The notes: generated from the letters alone by a model not told the origin. Positions 22,501-34,548 are shown, numbered from the whole stretch's first letter. The stretch: DNA of 63,862 nucleotides, filler included, from 11 parts of 11 records of this genome joined end to end with filler, not necessarily neighbours in it, one strand, 5' to 3'. Translations and numbers: made by a program.

Positions 22501-24937
22501 CAAAGCGGGCTGTGCAGGAGGCACAGGAGCAGAAGAAGGCTTCCGAACTCAAGCTAGATAGCGCAAAGCAAGCCTTGGACAAGCTGAAGAGCCTGATCAA
22601 GGCTGAACGCAGCGCAGCCGCGCAATCTAAGGATAAAGCGATGACAGCCGAGGCCGAAAGTCTGGCAAAGGCTGACAAGCTGGCTGAGCAGACTGATGTT
22701 GCTATTCTGGCACAGAGAAACAATACTCGCAATGATGCTGATGAAACAGCCAAGGCCGATGAAAACAGGCTGCTCGAGGCCAAGAAAGCTGCAGACCAAG
22801 AGATTGAAGGTAAGCAGGCAGAGTTGGCTAAGGCCAGAACTGCTTTGGCACTTGCTGAGGAAAAGCTGAGCAAGGCCACGGCTGCATACGACTCTAAATC
22901 AGCAGACCTGAAGGCAGCGTCGGAGAAGATGCTGCAGTCTCAGTCCGAGATGGAAGACGAGGTGGATCAGGCCAGCCAGAGCTCGAAGAACTCACTCCAG
23001 TTAACCCAGAACAAGATTGCTCGGGTCACCAAGAGGGTCGAAGAGGTCAGGCACCGTGAGGACAAGCTGCAAGCAGAGCGGGAAAAGCTAATTAAGAATG
23101 TTACTGTTGCAGAGGAAGCAGTAGAGCAGGCGAAGGACGCTGCTCGCGCCGGTGAAACAGCAAACAATCTCAAAGTAGAGGCGAAGACTGCCAAGATTTC
23201 CAGCCTGCAGAGCGAGATACGCAGACTAGACGCTGTGAAACTGGACTCAAACACAGAGCGGATGATCAAACTCCAGAAGGAGCAGATGATTATGCAAAAG
23301 GATCTTGCAACCGCCCAAGCTAAAGCAAGCGCCCATAAGCTCAAAACACAGGCTGAGGTCAGCAAACTGCAAGAGCATGCAACAGTGATCAAGAAAGAGC
23401 TGACTCGGTTGGAGAAGGAGATTGCTTCGGCTGTTGCTGAGGGTAAGACTGCCACTGAGGAGTTGAACCAAGTGATTGCGCATGCAAATGATGCCGTGGA
23501 GCGAGAGCTGAGCCACCCTGCACGCGTGCACGAGCACAGGCTGTCGGTCAAAGAGAATAGGCAGGCGGTCCAAGAGGCTACACAGCAGGTGGACGAGGCA
23601 AGGCAAGCCCAAAAGAAGGCCAAAGCTGATGTTGACCAGCTCGTCAAGCAGGAGAAGGATGCCCTGCGCCACAAGCAGGAGGTAGAGGCTACGAGTGGCA
23701 AGCAGGTTGAACGCGTCCACGAGCAGACGCAGTCGTCCATCAAGAGTGCTCAGGAGGCACAAGACCGTGTTAAGAAGGCTGAGACATCGCTGGAGACAAA
23801 GAGAGAAGATCTTGCTAGAAAGACTGCTGCAAAGCTTGATACAATCCGCTCTCAGTTCGCAGACCGTGACGCTGCTGTCAAGGCGCAACACAGTGAAAAG
23901 CTAAAGCAGGTTACTGAGCAGTTTTCTAATGCCACAAAGATGGCTCAAGCTTCGAATCGTGACGTGAAAAAGGCTGCTCTGCGACTCACTGGCACGCTCA
24001 GCACCCAAAAGGATCTGGTGGACAAGGCTGAGTTGAAGTGGAAGGACGCCAGGGATCAAGAAGCTACGGCCATGAGAGACGTCTCCGAGACTGCTGCTGC
24101 AGTTCGCGAAGCCCGGATTGCTATGAGCGAGAAGGAAGCGAATATGCTCAAATTTGTGCACACGCAGGGGGCTGAAGACGCAGCAGAGGCCGAAGCAAGC
24201 TTGGAAAAGAAGCTGGATCAAGCCAAAGATGCAGTTGCAAAGAAGAAAGCTGCACGCGAAGCATATGAATCATTTGTTACTCGTGCAACCAAGCTGGTAA
24301 AAGAAGCGCTCAGTAGTAGAGAAGAGGCCAGCGCAGGGGTGGAACTAGCCCAGCAGGCAAGGCTCCAGCTCCTCGCAGCTGACAATGCTCGGATTCAAGC
24401 CTTAGACAAAGAGCTGCTGCGGACTAGAAAGGACATGGCGCCTGAGATATCTGCGCTCAAACAAGAACTTGATCAGAAGGAGCGAGTAGCAGCCAGTGTA
24501 GCCAAGAAGCAGATTGATAAGGAGCGAACCACTGTGACTCAAGAGTACAGCAAGACGAGTGCGATCTACCAAGATTTAGTCGCGCAAGTGTCAGCCGCGA
24601 AATCAGAACTGGATGAGGTGGAGAAGGACCGCAAGGGCCCTCTGGACATAGCCAGCAACCATCTCAACAAAACTCAGAGTGTGTATGCTGCACTGCAACA
24701 AAAGGTCAAGGAATACAAACGCAAGATGAAATCGCTTCAGACACAACTCGAGACCTCAAACCAGGCTACTGATGATGCAGAATTGGAGCTGAGGCAGGCA
24801 GTGCGCCGCAGCCGGGCTCGTATGTTTGACGACAAGTTGGGTAAACTGGAAGATCGGCTCCGCCAACGCAAATTGGAGCTGATCAAAGCTACAGCCAGCT
24901 CAAAGGAAGTGGGTCTCAAACTATTTGAGCGCAGGAA
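19513..24937 (+). CDS. Very long coiled-coil protein with signal peptide, 3'-partial (over 1750 aa)
   Basis: MRHQQSPFGFCLTIWLAVVAVWA signal followed by A/E/K/Q heptad-rich sequence. Introns near 20164, 20353 and probably 22038-22073. Confidence 0.8.
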
Positions 24938-25037
24938 NNNNNNNNNNNNNNNNNNNNNNNNNNNNNNNNNNNNNNNNNNNNTTAATTAATTAANNNNNNN
25001 NNNNNNNNNNNNNNNNNNNNNNNNNNNNNNNNNNNNN
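24938..25037. other. Artificial contig spacer
   Basis: N44-TTAATTAATTAA-N44. Confidence 0.99.
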
Positions 25038-25303
25038 GCGAATTCTTGTGGCATTTTCGTTTGCAGGCGCCCACGAGGCTTTGGCTGCCCAAGCTGGGCA
25101 CGGCAGCCAGGACGATTACGCAGAGAAGCAGCAGTAATGGTGCCCGAGGCATGTCTCTACCGTGCGATCAGGATGCCGGGCGCACCGCGGTGCCTGTCAC
25201 GCGCCGCCCGATCTGAGACCGATCTTGTGAAGCCACAAAGTTCTGCGATAAAATAATAAAAATCCAGCGTTGCTGCTTCAATTCGCTCAGCACCAGAGCT
25301 TTC

Positions 25304-27361
25304 ATGGGTTCGGCGCGGTGGGTGTCTCTCCTCGGGCTGGGGCTAGCGCTGGGCGCCCCGGGGGCTGGGCGGCCGCCGCTGGGGTACAGCAACTGGAACA
25401 GCTTCCACAATCGCATCAACAGCTCCCTCTTCCTGCAGACCGCACAGTTCATCAACCGATCTGGGCTGCTGGCCGCCGGCTACGACCTGCTCACCCTCGG
25501 CGGGATCGGCTACGCCAACGGGTCCACATACCCGGATGGACGGTCGGGATGGGGCCCGGCTGGTCCGGGCAACATCACCCGCAACTCCAGCGGGTTCCTG
25601 CAGGTGGATCCGGTCAGGTTCCCTGGTGGGAACGCGGGGATGCGAGAGCTGGCCGATGCAGTCCGGCGGCTCGGGTTTAGGTGGGGCAGCTACACCGAGT
25701 CGGGCACCACCGGCTGCAACGGCGCCCGGGGCAGCTCGGAGGGGTTTGAATGGCAGGATGCGGCGCTGTTCTTTCAGGAGTGGCGGTCCGAGTATCTGAT
25801 GGTGGACGCGTGCGGGCTGGAACCGCGCCCTCCTCCGCGTGGACCGCCAGCTGACTGGCCGGCTTGCCTGCACTGCAGCCCGGTTGCTGCGCAGGCGCGC
25901 TGGGAGATGACCCGATGGAGGCAGCTGATCGACCGCTATGTAGCTAACAAGACAGTGCCGGGTGTCGTCCTACATGACTGCCATAACGGCTGTGGCTCCC
26001 CGTTTGGCGGGCCAACCTTGGCCGTGGCGAGCTGTAATGTGAGCGATCCAGCCCAGCAGTGGTCACTCCCGCTGGACGGCAAGGCAGGCGGGCTGACCAA
26101 CGGCCTGAACGGCATGTGCGTGGGCTGCGCATCTTCGCCGGTGGCTGACTCGCAAGTCAACGGCACGGCATGTGCCAATGATGCAGAGATCCGCCGGGAG
26201 GGTGCGGGGCTCGGGCTGCAGGCTTGCTTGCTCGGGCCATCCAGCAACGGCCGGATGGACAGCAGACCTGTGCGCGCTTTTGGGATTGGGGCAGCCCAGC
26301 AACTTTGGAACTACTCCCACGGCAGAATTGCCCAGTCAGACTCTTGCCTTGCGCTGGCCAGCCAGGGCCTGGCCGTTGTCAAGACAAGCTCCGGTTGCTC
26401 TGCCAGCGCCGCCCGGTGGGTCGCCCAGCCAGTGGCCAGTGGGCTGCACCAGTTGAGATCGGCGGCCAAAGCAGGGATGTGCCTGAGCGCAGCCGGGCTT
26501 GAGGTGGTCCCGCCGGTGGACCCATGGTGCATTGGGAACAACAACATGTGGCGAAGCAACACTGATACCCTCCAGAGCTGGACTCGTGTGATGGTTGAGG
26601 TCGAGAGCATGGCCAACCAAGGGCACATCTCGAGGCCCGGCAGTTGGTCTTTCGCCGACTGCCTGGAGCTTGGAGTCCCAGGAAGCAACTCACTCACCTG
26701 GGAGGAGTCTAAAACCAACCTGGCCCTGTTTGCGGTCACCTCTAGCCCACTCATCCTCGGGAACGACCCTCGCGAGGGCCGGATGCAGCCCAGGCTGCTC
26801 TCTCTACTGACCAACCCAGATCTGCTCGCTGCTGACCAGTACTACAGCACTACACACGCCTTCGCCGGGGGCAGAATTGCCTCCTGGCCGGTCGGGCGTG
26901 AGCTGTGGGCTAAGCCTCTCGCTGACCACACTGCGGCGGTTGTGCTGTTTAACCGCGCGGGCACTGCGCTGGGTGAGCGAGTGGAGGCTGCGGGCCCGCT
27001 CCCGCCACACTGCGCTGATCCGAACTCGATGCTCGCCCCCTGCACTGGGTGCTTCCTGAGGGCTGACCAGCCTTGGACTGCCCCCTGCAACGACAATGTG
27101 ACTGCTTCGTCGGGTGCCCAGTGGCTGACTCTCACTCTGGACTGGCTGCCTCGTGCGTGGCTGATGCCAGATGGCACAGGGTCGTTTGATTGTGACGTGT
27201 TCGATATCTTCGCCAGTGCAGCTAGAGGTGCAGCGATAGGCCGGACTGTATCCGGTTCGTGGTCGGCTGTTGTGCCACCACATGGTGTGAGGTTTCTGAG
27301 ACTTTCCAATTGCTCAGGAGATCTGTCGGCTGGTACTAGTATTATAAAAAAACACTCGTAA
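25304..27361 (+). CDS. Secreted GH27 alpha-galactosidase-like enzyme with inserted ricin-B-like domain
   Basis: Signal peptide, PPLGYSNWN, DPVRFPGG, YTESGTTGC, YLMVD (nucleophile), MWRSNTD (acid/base), SPLILGND and C-terminal VPPHGVRFLRL. QQW ricin repeats at about 26014-26500. Confidence 0.9.
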   Translation: MGSARWVSLLGLGLALGAPGAGRPPLGYSNWNSFHNRINSSLFLQTAQFINRSGLLAAGYDLLTLGGIGYANGSTYPDGRSGWGPAGPGNITRNSSGFLQVDPVRFPGGNAGMRELADAVRRLGFRWGSYTESGTTGCNGARGSSEGFEWQDAALFFQEWRSEYLMVDACGLEPRPPPRGPPADWPACLHCSPVAAQARWEMTRWRQLIDRYVANKTVPGVVLHDCHNGCGSPFGGPTLAVASCNVSDPAQQWSLPLDGKAGGLTNGLNGMCVGCASSPVADSQVNGTACANDAEIRREGAGLGLQACLLGPSSNGRMDSRPVRAFGIGAAQQLWNYSHGRIAQSDSCLALASQGLAVVKTSSGCSASAARWVAQPVASGLHQLRSAAKAGMCLSAAGLEVVPPVDPWCIGNNNMWRSNTDTLQSWTRVMVEVESMANQGHISRPGSWSFADCLELGVPGSNSLTWEESKTNLALFAVTSSPLILGNDPREGRMQPRLLSLLTNPDLLAADQYYSTTHAFAGGRIASWPVGRELWAKPLADHTAAVVLFNRAGTALGERVEAAGPLPPHCADPNSMLAPCTGCFLRADQPWTAPCNDNVTASSGAQWLTLTLDWLPRAWLMPDGTGSFDCDVFDIFASAARGAAIGRTVSGSWSAVVPPHGVRFLRLSNCSGDLSAGTSIIKKHS

Positions 27362-27555
27362 TCTACTCAGATTCCCGACTAGCTCAAGGCACGCTACGAT
27401 TCAACTGACTTCTAACAGCTACGGGGTCGAATGATAGGCAATGAGTTAAACAACCACCGGGTACTCGTAAGTACTCTATTACTATGTATTTATAGCTTAG
27501 TATCGCCGCAGTTACGCCGTACTGTTACAATAGTTCAGCAGATTTCCGCAAAAAC

Positions 27556-28445
27556 TCATGGGCCCCGCTTTTTCAAGCTACTCAAACGGTCTTGACGGGC
27601 CACAAATCCATCTGCCACATGTGCAATCTTCGGCCCCGAAGGCTTTGGGGCCATATGAACCCCCACGATTGATTTGCAAATCCAATCATCCAACTCTTCG
27701 GTAATTCGCTCCACTCTGTGAGCCAGAGAATCAATCGGATCGCCATTTGCATCTTTCAGGAGCTGCGGTGAGAGTGGTGGCTTGCTTCCAATCGAGGATA
27801 GCCATTGAACTTCTCGGGGCGAGCCTGGGACTGCTTGCTGCTTCCGCGGAGAGCTGAGTTTGTGCGCAATCCGGGTTGACCTTATTGGCATCGAAAGGAG
27901 GAATTCATCTCTCTCCCCAGGGCTCATCACACTGAACATCTGAGCCTTGTAAGAGTAGTGCAGCTTCGCAAGTAGCTTGGGGTGATACTGCTGTTCAGTT
28001 GAGAGGAACACGTCGGCACACTCGCGCGGATGCAGCGATGCGACTATTGAGTTCAACTCTTCCTCCGGGAGCACAGAAAGCAGTCGGCCACGTGAGCTAT
28101 CTTGGAAGCTCAGGAAGAGCTCCGTGATCTCTTCAAACGAGAGCTGGGCCAGGAAAACCTCCCGTTCATCTGCCGACATCACTTCTATCATCTTATCGAG
28201 GGCCTCAGGTGACAGCATCCCGAGCATGTCATTCTGTCGCTCCTCGTCGAGTTGCATATATATTGACACAAGATCGATAGGGTGCAGAGCCCAGAAGAAA
28301 GATACTCGGTCCTCTTCGGCCATAGAGGTGAAAATCACTGCCTTGTCTGAAGGCGATAAGAACGAGACTAGTTCGTCCTGCAGATCTTCAGGCAATATCA
28401 TGAAGAGCTGCCCTCGCTGCTCTGTCGACAGCGACTGCAACAGGC
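27556..28445 (-). CDS. MgtE-N-like 12-residue helical repeat protein, 5'-partial
   Basis: Periodic L/M-x-P/E-E/D-x-x-x-x-L/F units (LPEDLQDELVSF, MAEEDRVSFF, LDEERQNDML, MSADEREVFL). Confidence 0.65.
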
Positions 28446-28545
28446 NNNNNNNNNNNNNNNNNNNNNNNNNNNNNNNNNNNNNNNNNNNNTTAATTAATTA
28501 ANNNNNNNNNNNNNNNNNNNNNNNNNNNNNNNNNNNNNNNNNNNN
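28446..28545. other. Artificial contig spacer
   Basis: N44-TTAATTAATTAA-N44. Confidence 0.99.
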
Positions 28546-31500
28546 GCAGCCCGCGAGCCACCCTCTGCAGCATCAGTGCGCTCGTCTGCCTGTGCTCTTC
28601 GATCTGTTCAGCTTGAATGGTCAGGGCAGCTAGTCGTGCAGTCCTCACAGCATATTGATTGAACAACTGATGCATCCACGCTGAGGCTTTAATCTGTTTG
28701 CTTTTACGGCTCAGCACATGCAATTTTAGCACCATGCGGTGCTGCCGGAAAGCCTGTGAGATCACTCCCACTGCAGCCCGCTGCTGTCGAACGTGCTGTC
28801 GTAGCTCAAAGCCTTCAAGCCCTGCCATCAGATAGACACCAGCCATCTTCCGTCGAGCAGCCTCAATCTTGGCAGCTTTGACTGCTGCCCGGCGGGCCTG
28901 TCGAATCTGGACCACCAACTTTTTGGCCTTCCATCCACGCAGCATCGATTGGATTGCCACTGCAGCCTGCCTGTGTTGCCAGAACAGTCTGTTGGCAGCC
29001 CGGCGACGCCAGTGGCTCTGAAGGGTGAGCGCTGGAGCAAGGAACACGTGGGCTAAGCGAACCAAATGGTGCTTCCGCCAGAGCTGCTGAATCATGGTGG
29101 CGGCTCGAGTCTCCTTGGACAGAGAGAGCAGTCGGTTGGACAGGAAGGAGAGGAACAACTGAATCACCTTGTCGTTGGGGATGGTACCTACCATATCAGC
29201 TGGGTGCAGCAGCGGGGGCACGTAGCCCAGCTCACGCACAGCTGCCGCCACGAGTGCAATGTTGGCCTTCTCGCCCTTCTGGGCATGTTCAAGCTTCTCA
29301 GTGCTCACTGCAACTGTGGCGTTGTACTTGCGGGACTTGGTAGGTGTGCTCACAAACTCTTTTGTGGTGGCTTGTACTTCGCTCCAGTCAAGCAGCTCTG
29401 GATGGTAAAAGTTGACAATTGCACACAGCGCTCGTCCATCCGCAAAGCATGAGCTGAAGTTGGTCACGTTCACCCTCTGCTGGGCACACACTGCCTGGCA
29501 CCAGAGCAGCAGCGGGTCCGCCTCCTGGTCTTGCTGTTCAATGGATCGCTTCCCCACTCGGGCAGCCTCGGTCCGGAGCTCCTTGGCGTCGATCAAGTCC
29601 GGCTGCTTGTAATGCCCGAGTATTGCCCAGAGCAGCTGCAGCGTCCGAGCAGCGTCGCCGTCCACAACTTGCTTTGGCGTGATCCGCTGGCCGCCAGCGT
29701 CGGTCGGGTTCACGCCCTGACTGGCCAGCCCGTCGAGCAGCACTTTGATGTTGTGTGCCCTGCGAGTGGAGTTCTCAGCTGGAGTCCGGAGCTTGCTCAT
29801 CAAGTCCAGCGCTCCCTCACTCAGCTCCTCCACCAGCCTGCCCACCAGTCAGTCAAGATCCTCCAGAGCAGCGCTGGTACTTGCACAGTCGCACTCCGCA
29901 GCGCAGGTCAGCGGCCAGATTGGTCACTCTGAAATCGAACTCATCGAGTGCTGTTTGCTTGAACGGAGTCTTGAAGCCAAGCAGTGACAGATGGCGTACG
30001 ATATTGCCCTCTCCGCTAAGGAAATCCTTGCACAGCTCGATCACAAGCTGGTTGCTCGATTTGACCTGAGCCCTATCAGCACAGAGGTCTCTGCTTTAGT
30101 CGGTACCTTGGCAGAATGATCAAACACGGGAGGGTCATCCGGGATCAGCCTGGCAGCCTTGGCCGAATCGATGAAGAGCACCAGCAGCAGAATCTTCTTG
30201 AGTGTGAACTTGGATTGTTCCAGTTGCCACTCGCGTGGCCGATCGCCCAGCACATCAAGCCCGTCGTACTGATTCATGAGCGCTTGGTTCCGAAGCAAAT
30301 TGTGATGCATGAACTTGGCCAGCACCTAAACCCAAGCACTCAGCCACATCAATTGACTCTGTTCGCCTGTCGGTCAGTTGCATTGGCCGACATGCCGGCT
30401 GGCCTGACAATCTCGCATCCGAGGATCTGTCCAGCCCACAGCTCAGTTGCGTGCCTCGCCTAGCCTCCACCGTCTCGAGCCCAAGCTTGAGCCAGGCGGC
30501 GTCGTAGCTCTGGAGCAGCTCGATCACACTTGAGCGCAGCCCAATGTCTTCGTGGATGTTCCGGTCGGCTCGTACCAGCAACAGCCCGGTGTCCACCTCG
30601 GCCTCCACCCGATACACCACAGCCGCCAACCTGTTGAAGTGCTCGAATCCACTGGCTCGCACCGTCAGCTGCTGCCGGATCCTAGAGAGCTCGGCCTGTG
30701 ACCGCCGCTCGGAGGCATTGGCGCTCAGAATCTGCTCAGTCTGTTGTCCGGTGAGCTCGTGGTTAAGCCATAGAGTCATGGCCCTCTCCTCCTTCAGTTG
30801 CCAGCCCTGGTCGTACAGTTGGTTCATCCCGGCATGCCGCAGCTGGCTGTTGGCCACGAACACCGACACCGGCTGAGCCGGCTTGCGCAGCACCAGCGTG
30901 CTTCGCTTTGGCTTGTTGGTGCGAACTGTCTTGTTCGGCTTGCTGACAGCAGCTGCGGCCGGCTTTGACTCTGGCTCCGGCTTCGGCTTGCTTGCCGCCT
31001 TTGGCTTGGGCTTGGTGACGGAGCGGGCTGGCTTTGGCTCAGGCTTGGGCTTGGCGGCTACCGCTGGAGCCGGTGGGTGGCTCACACCAAGGTAGTCCCT
31101 GCAGGCTCGCACCAATTCATAGCTCGAGATCCCGCCATCACGGTTCTCGTCATACTCGATCAGCCGGCCCTGCCCGATCCACTCGGTGAACGGATGGTCG
31201 CCCAGGAAGGTCTGCAGCTCGGTCACGCTGAGCACCCCGTTCTTGTTGTGTCTGTCGGCCTTCTTCATGATCCAGCCTGCGAGCTCCTCGGCGGTCGAGG
31301 GCTCCATCTCGATGGTCTGTACCCGAGAAGGCTCCTGGGCCGCCGGCTTGCTCGGTTGCAACGGCTTGGGCTTGCTAGCCGGTCGGGACTTGGCCGCGCC
31401 GCTCCGCCTGAACGGGACCACCGGGGCCTTTTTGGGCTTCGGGCCCGGCTTGGGCTGCTTGGCCGCCGCTTCAAACGGCACGAAGAATAGCCCAGGACCA

Positions 31501-31931
31501 TCCGGCGCGGCCCGGCCAGAGAGCTTGACCTGGGTCCGCAAGGGGCCGTATTTGAGCCCGAGGCTGGCCGGCAGCCGGTCGGCTTGGGTTGGGTCCCAAC
31601 GAACTGAGACTGTGCCGCTCGCCTGGCCCGCGTCCAGCTGCAGGCTGGTGGGGGTAATGACGAGCCCCGGGACAGCCCCGAACTCGACTGAGCCCGCGGC
31701 GGCCGCGTCAGGCCGCTCGACGAGCAGCTGAGCCGAGACGGGCTGGCTGGATTGGCCGAACTCAAGCACGGCCGTCGGGGCGAACGGCCGGAGCTCGACG
31801 GTAGCGGTGGGGGCAAGAGACGGCTTGACGATCGGGGGCGGGGTGGGGCACGGGGATAGGTTCGCGTGGTTCTCCTTGTCTATCTGGATCTCCCACACCT
31901 CGCCGCGTCGCCGCGCAGGAGGAGTGGCCAT
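28546..31931 (-). CDS. ASPM: Abnormal spindle (ASPM) homologue, 3'-partial
   Basis: N-terminal ASH-like Ig domain, WQLKEERAMTLWLN, DIGLR..YDAAWLKLGLETI, DFLSGEG, DEFDFRVTNLAADLRCGVRLC, two CH domains (NFSSCFADGRALCAIVNFYHP), then IQ motifs. Confidence 0.92.
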
Positions 31932-32102
31932 TGTCGAGCCAGATTATTTTTTGCAGCAAAATTGTGACGACGACGGTTATTTTTTTGTGAGAAAAAAATC
32001 GAGAGGGCTCAGTCAGTGGCTCAGGCTCAGGCTCAGAAACACGACGGAGAAACATAGGAACGTTAACTGCCAGCGAAGGCTTACCTGGTACACTGGAAAA
32101 CA

Positions 32103-32646
32103 ATGACAAAGACTGACTCGAGTTTAGGCACATATGGTGCAGACCAGGCTGCCGCGGTCGGGGCCAGAGAGAGCCAACTGGATGCCAGCTGGGTCGACCG
32201 AGTTTCAAAGCTGGTAAAGCAGATAGAAGGCCACTACCTGACCTCTTGGGCAGCTGGCGGTGGACCAAGAGGAGAACGAGGCAATTAATCCTGGATTACG
32301 CGACGGAGTGGTCGAACAGGCAATGAGCAAGCTCGACACAGTGGAACTGACCGGGGACATCGTCAAAGTGCTGCTGATGCAGCACCAGGCCAAAATAATT
32401 AGCATTGTGTCGCTGCTCAAGACTGCATTCACCACATTTGATAAGGATGGATCAGGCACCATCGATGAGGATGAGCTTAAGGTGGTAATGCGAACACTGG
32501 GGCAAAATACAATCACCAATTTCCCCTGCCTGGGCCAGCGAGGCGCGCAGCTCGGCGGACAGCTCTGGAGACCGCTGCCGCATTCTGCTGCTGCTAGCTG
32601 GCACTCCCGCCAAGCAGCATTGAGCTCTGCCGCGCAGTCCTCTTAA
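32103..32646 (+). CDS. EF-hand (calmodulin-like fragment) protein
   Basis: After the intron starting near 32213: LKTAFTTFDKDGSGTIDEDELKVVMRTLGQN. Similarity stops after one EF-hand. Confidence 0.55.
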
Positions 32647-32944
32647 AGCGTCAAGATCTCAACGGAACGCGACTGAGCGGGATTCAGTCATGTCATGATG
32701 CGTCCTTTGCGACATGTGCTTACCATGTGCTCACAAGAGCTAGGCTCACATCATCACAAGTTGCAGCCTTGCTTACGATCAAAGTCGCTTGATGAGTACG
32801 TTCACTTGACTTTATTAATTAAATTAAGCTGAAGTCTACCCTCTAGGATGCAAATATTAAAGTCCGTGTATGATGCACCTCGCCATGACTTGCATCGGTT
32901 GAATTGATTGAGTACAGTACACACAATCACTGCGACGAGTAGCC

Positions 32945-34197
32945 CTAGTCTCGCCCCCGCTTCTTGTCACCGCCCAACGGCACCTCGAACCCAATCGCCA
33001 CAGTATACTGAAGCTTGACTCGCTGGTGCAAGTTGCTCCCGAGCTTAATCGCCGGCTTCACCGCCGTAGAGTCCACGACAGCCCTCATAAACCCGGGGCT
33101 CAGCTCGAGCAGGTTGAGCGAGCTTGTCTTATCCAGGCTCTCGAGCCCGGTCACCCAGTCAATCTGGTGGCAGGCCTCCACTTGCAGGCTTTTCAAGAAG
33201 TGGAGCCCGGTGACGTCTGTGAGGAAAGCCTGGTCCTTCAGTTCTAGGTGGTGCAGCAGGGGCACGCTGCTCAGCGGCTTGAGGTCAGTCAGCCGGAGAC
33301 AGGCCTCGATCTCGAGCGCTTGGAGCCTCTGGCAGCCGGCCAGCGGGCTCAGATCAGTCAGCTTGTGGCATTCATGCAGCCGCAGATTCTCGATTGGGCA
33401 CTGGGCCAACGGAGAGAGGGAATCGAGCAGCCGGCAGTAGGAGAGGCTGAGCGACCGGAGCTGATGCCCGGCCGACACAAGCATGCCCAGCTCCGGTCGC
33501 GAGAACGCGTCGCCGACGGCCTCAGCTGCCCTAATAGCAAAGCGGCCTCTAGCACCAAAGGAGGCCTGGCCATGCCAGCGGGTGTGGTACTGAGACTTGA
33601 CTGCCACCGGCAGCTGGAGCGACCACATGGTCTGGCAGCACGAGAGGAACTGGAGCATCTTCTTGGCGTTCTTGCTCGGCGGGAGCTCCATCACCCCGCT
33701 CCGGCCAAGAGCGACCAGCAACAAAAGCTCGTCGTCCAGCGCCAGAAGCCCTTGCTGAGGTCGCTCCCGGGCGCCCTTGCGCATTAACCCGGCAAGCGGC
33801 GTCGGCGGGTTGAGCTCGATCGCGCCCTCGGCCGGGGTCGGCTCGGCTTCCCAGAGAGCATGCTCTTCCTCGTCGTCGGAGTGACTAGACTCTTCGGCCT
33901 TGTGCATCCAGCCCACCTCGCTGGCCTCCGGGGTCGCGCGTGCCCGCTTCTTTCGGATCGACGGGCCGGTCGATCCGCGGGCGCACCGGCGGCGGGTCGG
34001 TCGGAGCTGGTTGGCCCTCGGAGGCGGCGGCACAATCGAATCATCAGTCTTGCACGACCGGCCTGGGTTGCGCCGGGGCTGGGGATCCGAGGAGGCCGGC
34101 AGCCCGGCAACCCAAGCCGGAGTGGCGTTCTTGCCCGACGGCGGCGGGGCCTGCCGGCCGCCGGGCTGCTGGGAGGAACGTCCGGAACGTCTGGTCT
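32945..34197 (-). CDS. F-box-like + LRR protein, probably 5'-partial
   Basis: GLLALDDELLLLV...LSCCQTMW F-box-like segment, followed by LxxLxLxxCxxLTDLSPL repeats. Confidence 0.7.
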
Positions 34198-34297
34198 NNN
34201 NNNNNNNNNNNNNNNNNNNNNNNNNNNNNNNNNNNNNNNNNTTAATTAATTAANNNNNNNNNNNNNNNNNNNNNNNNNNNNNNNNNNNNNNNNNNNN
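34198..34297. other. Artificial contig spacer
   Basis: N44-TTAATTAATTAA-N44. Confidence 0.99.
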
Positions 34298-34548
34298 ACC
34301 TGCCTCTGAAGCTGCTCCACTCTGCCGTTGGCCATGCTCAGCTGACCCGAGATCGCGCTCACGGCGCTGTTGAGCTCGGCCACCCGCTTGTCCTGCTTTT
34401 CCTGCTCGGCTCTCCGGCGCTGCGTGGCCAGCTTGCGCTTCCGCCGCTCCTGCGCAGAGACCAAAGGCTCCGACTGCCGGAGCAGTGCCGAGCTCCCGGA
34501 GCAGTACCGCACCACCTCGCTGGCGCGGCAGCTCGACTCGTCCTCCAT
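34298..34548 (-). CDS. Coiled-coil protein N-terminus, 3'-partial
   Basis: MEDESSCRAS...ERRKRKLATQRRRAEQEKQDKR; divergent from the LRR gene. Confidence 0.45.
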
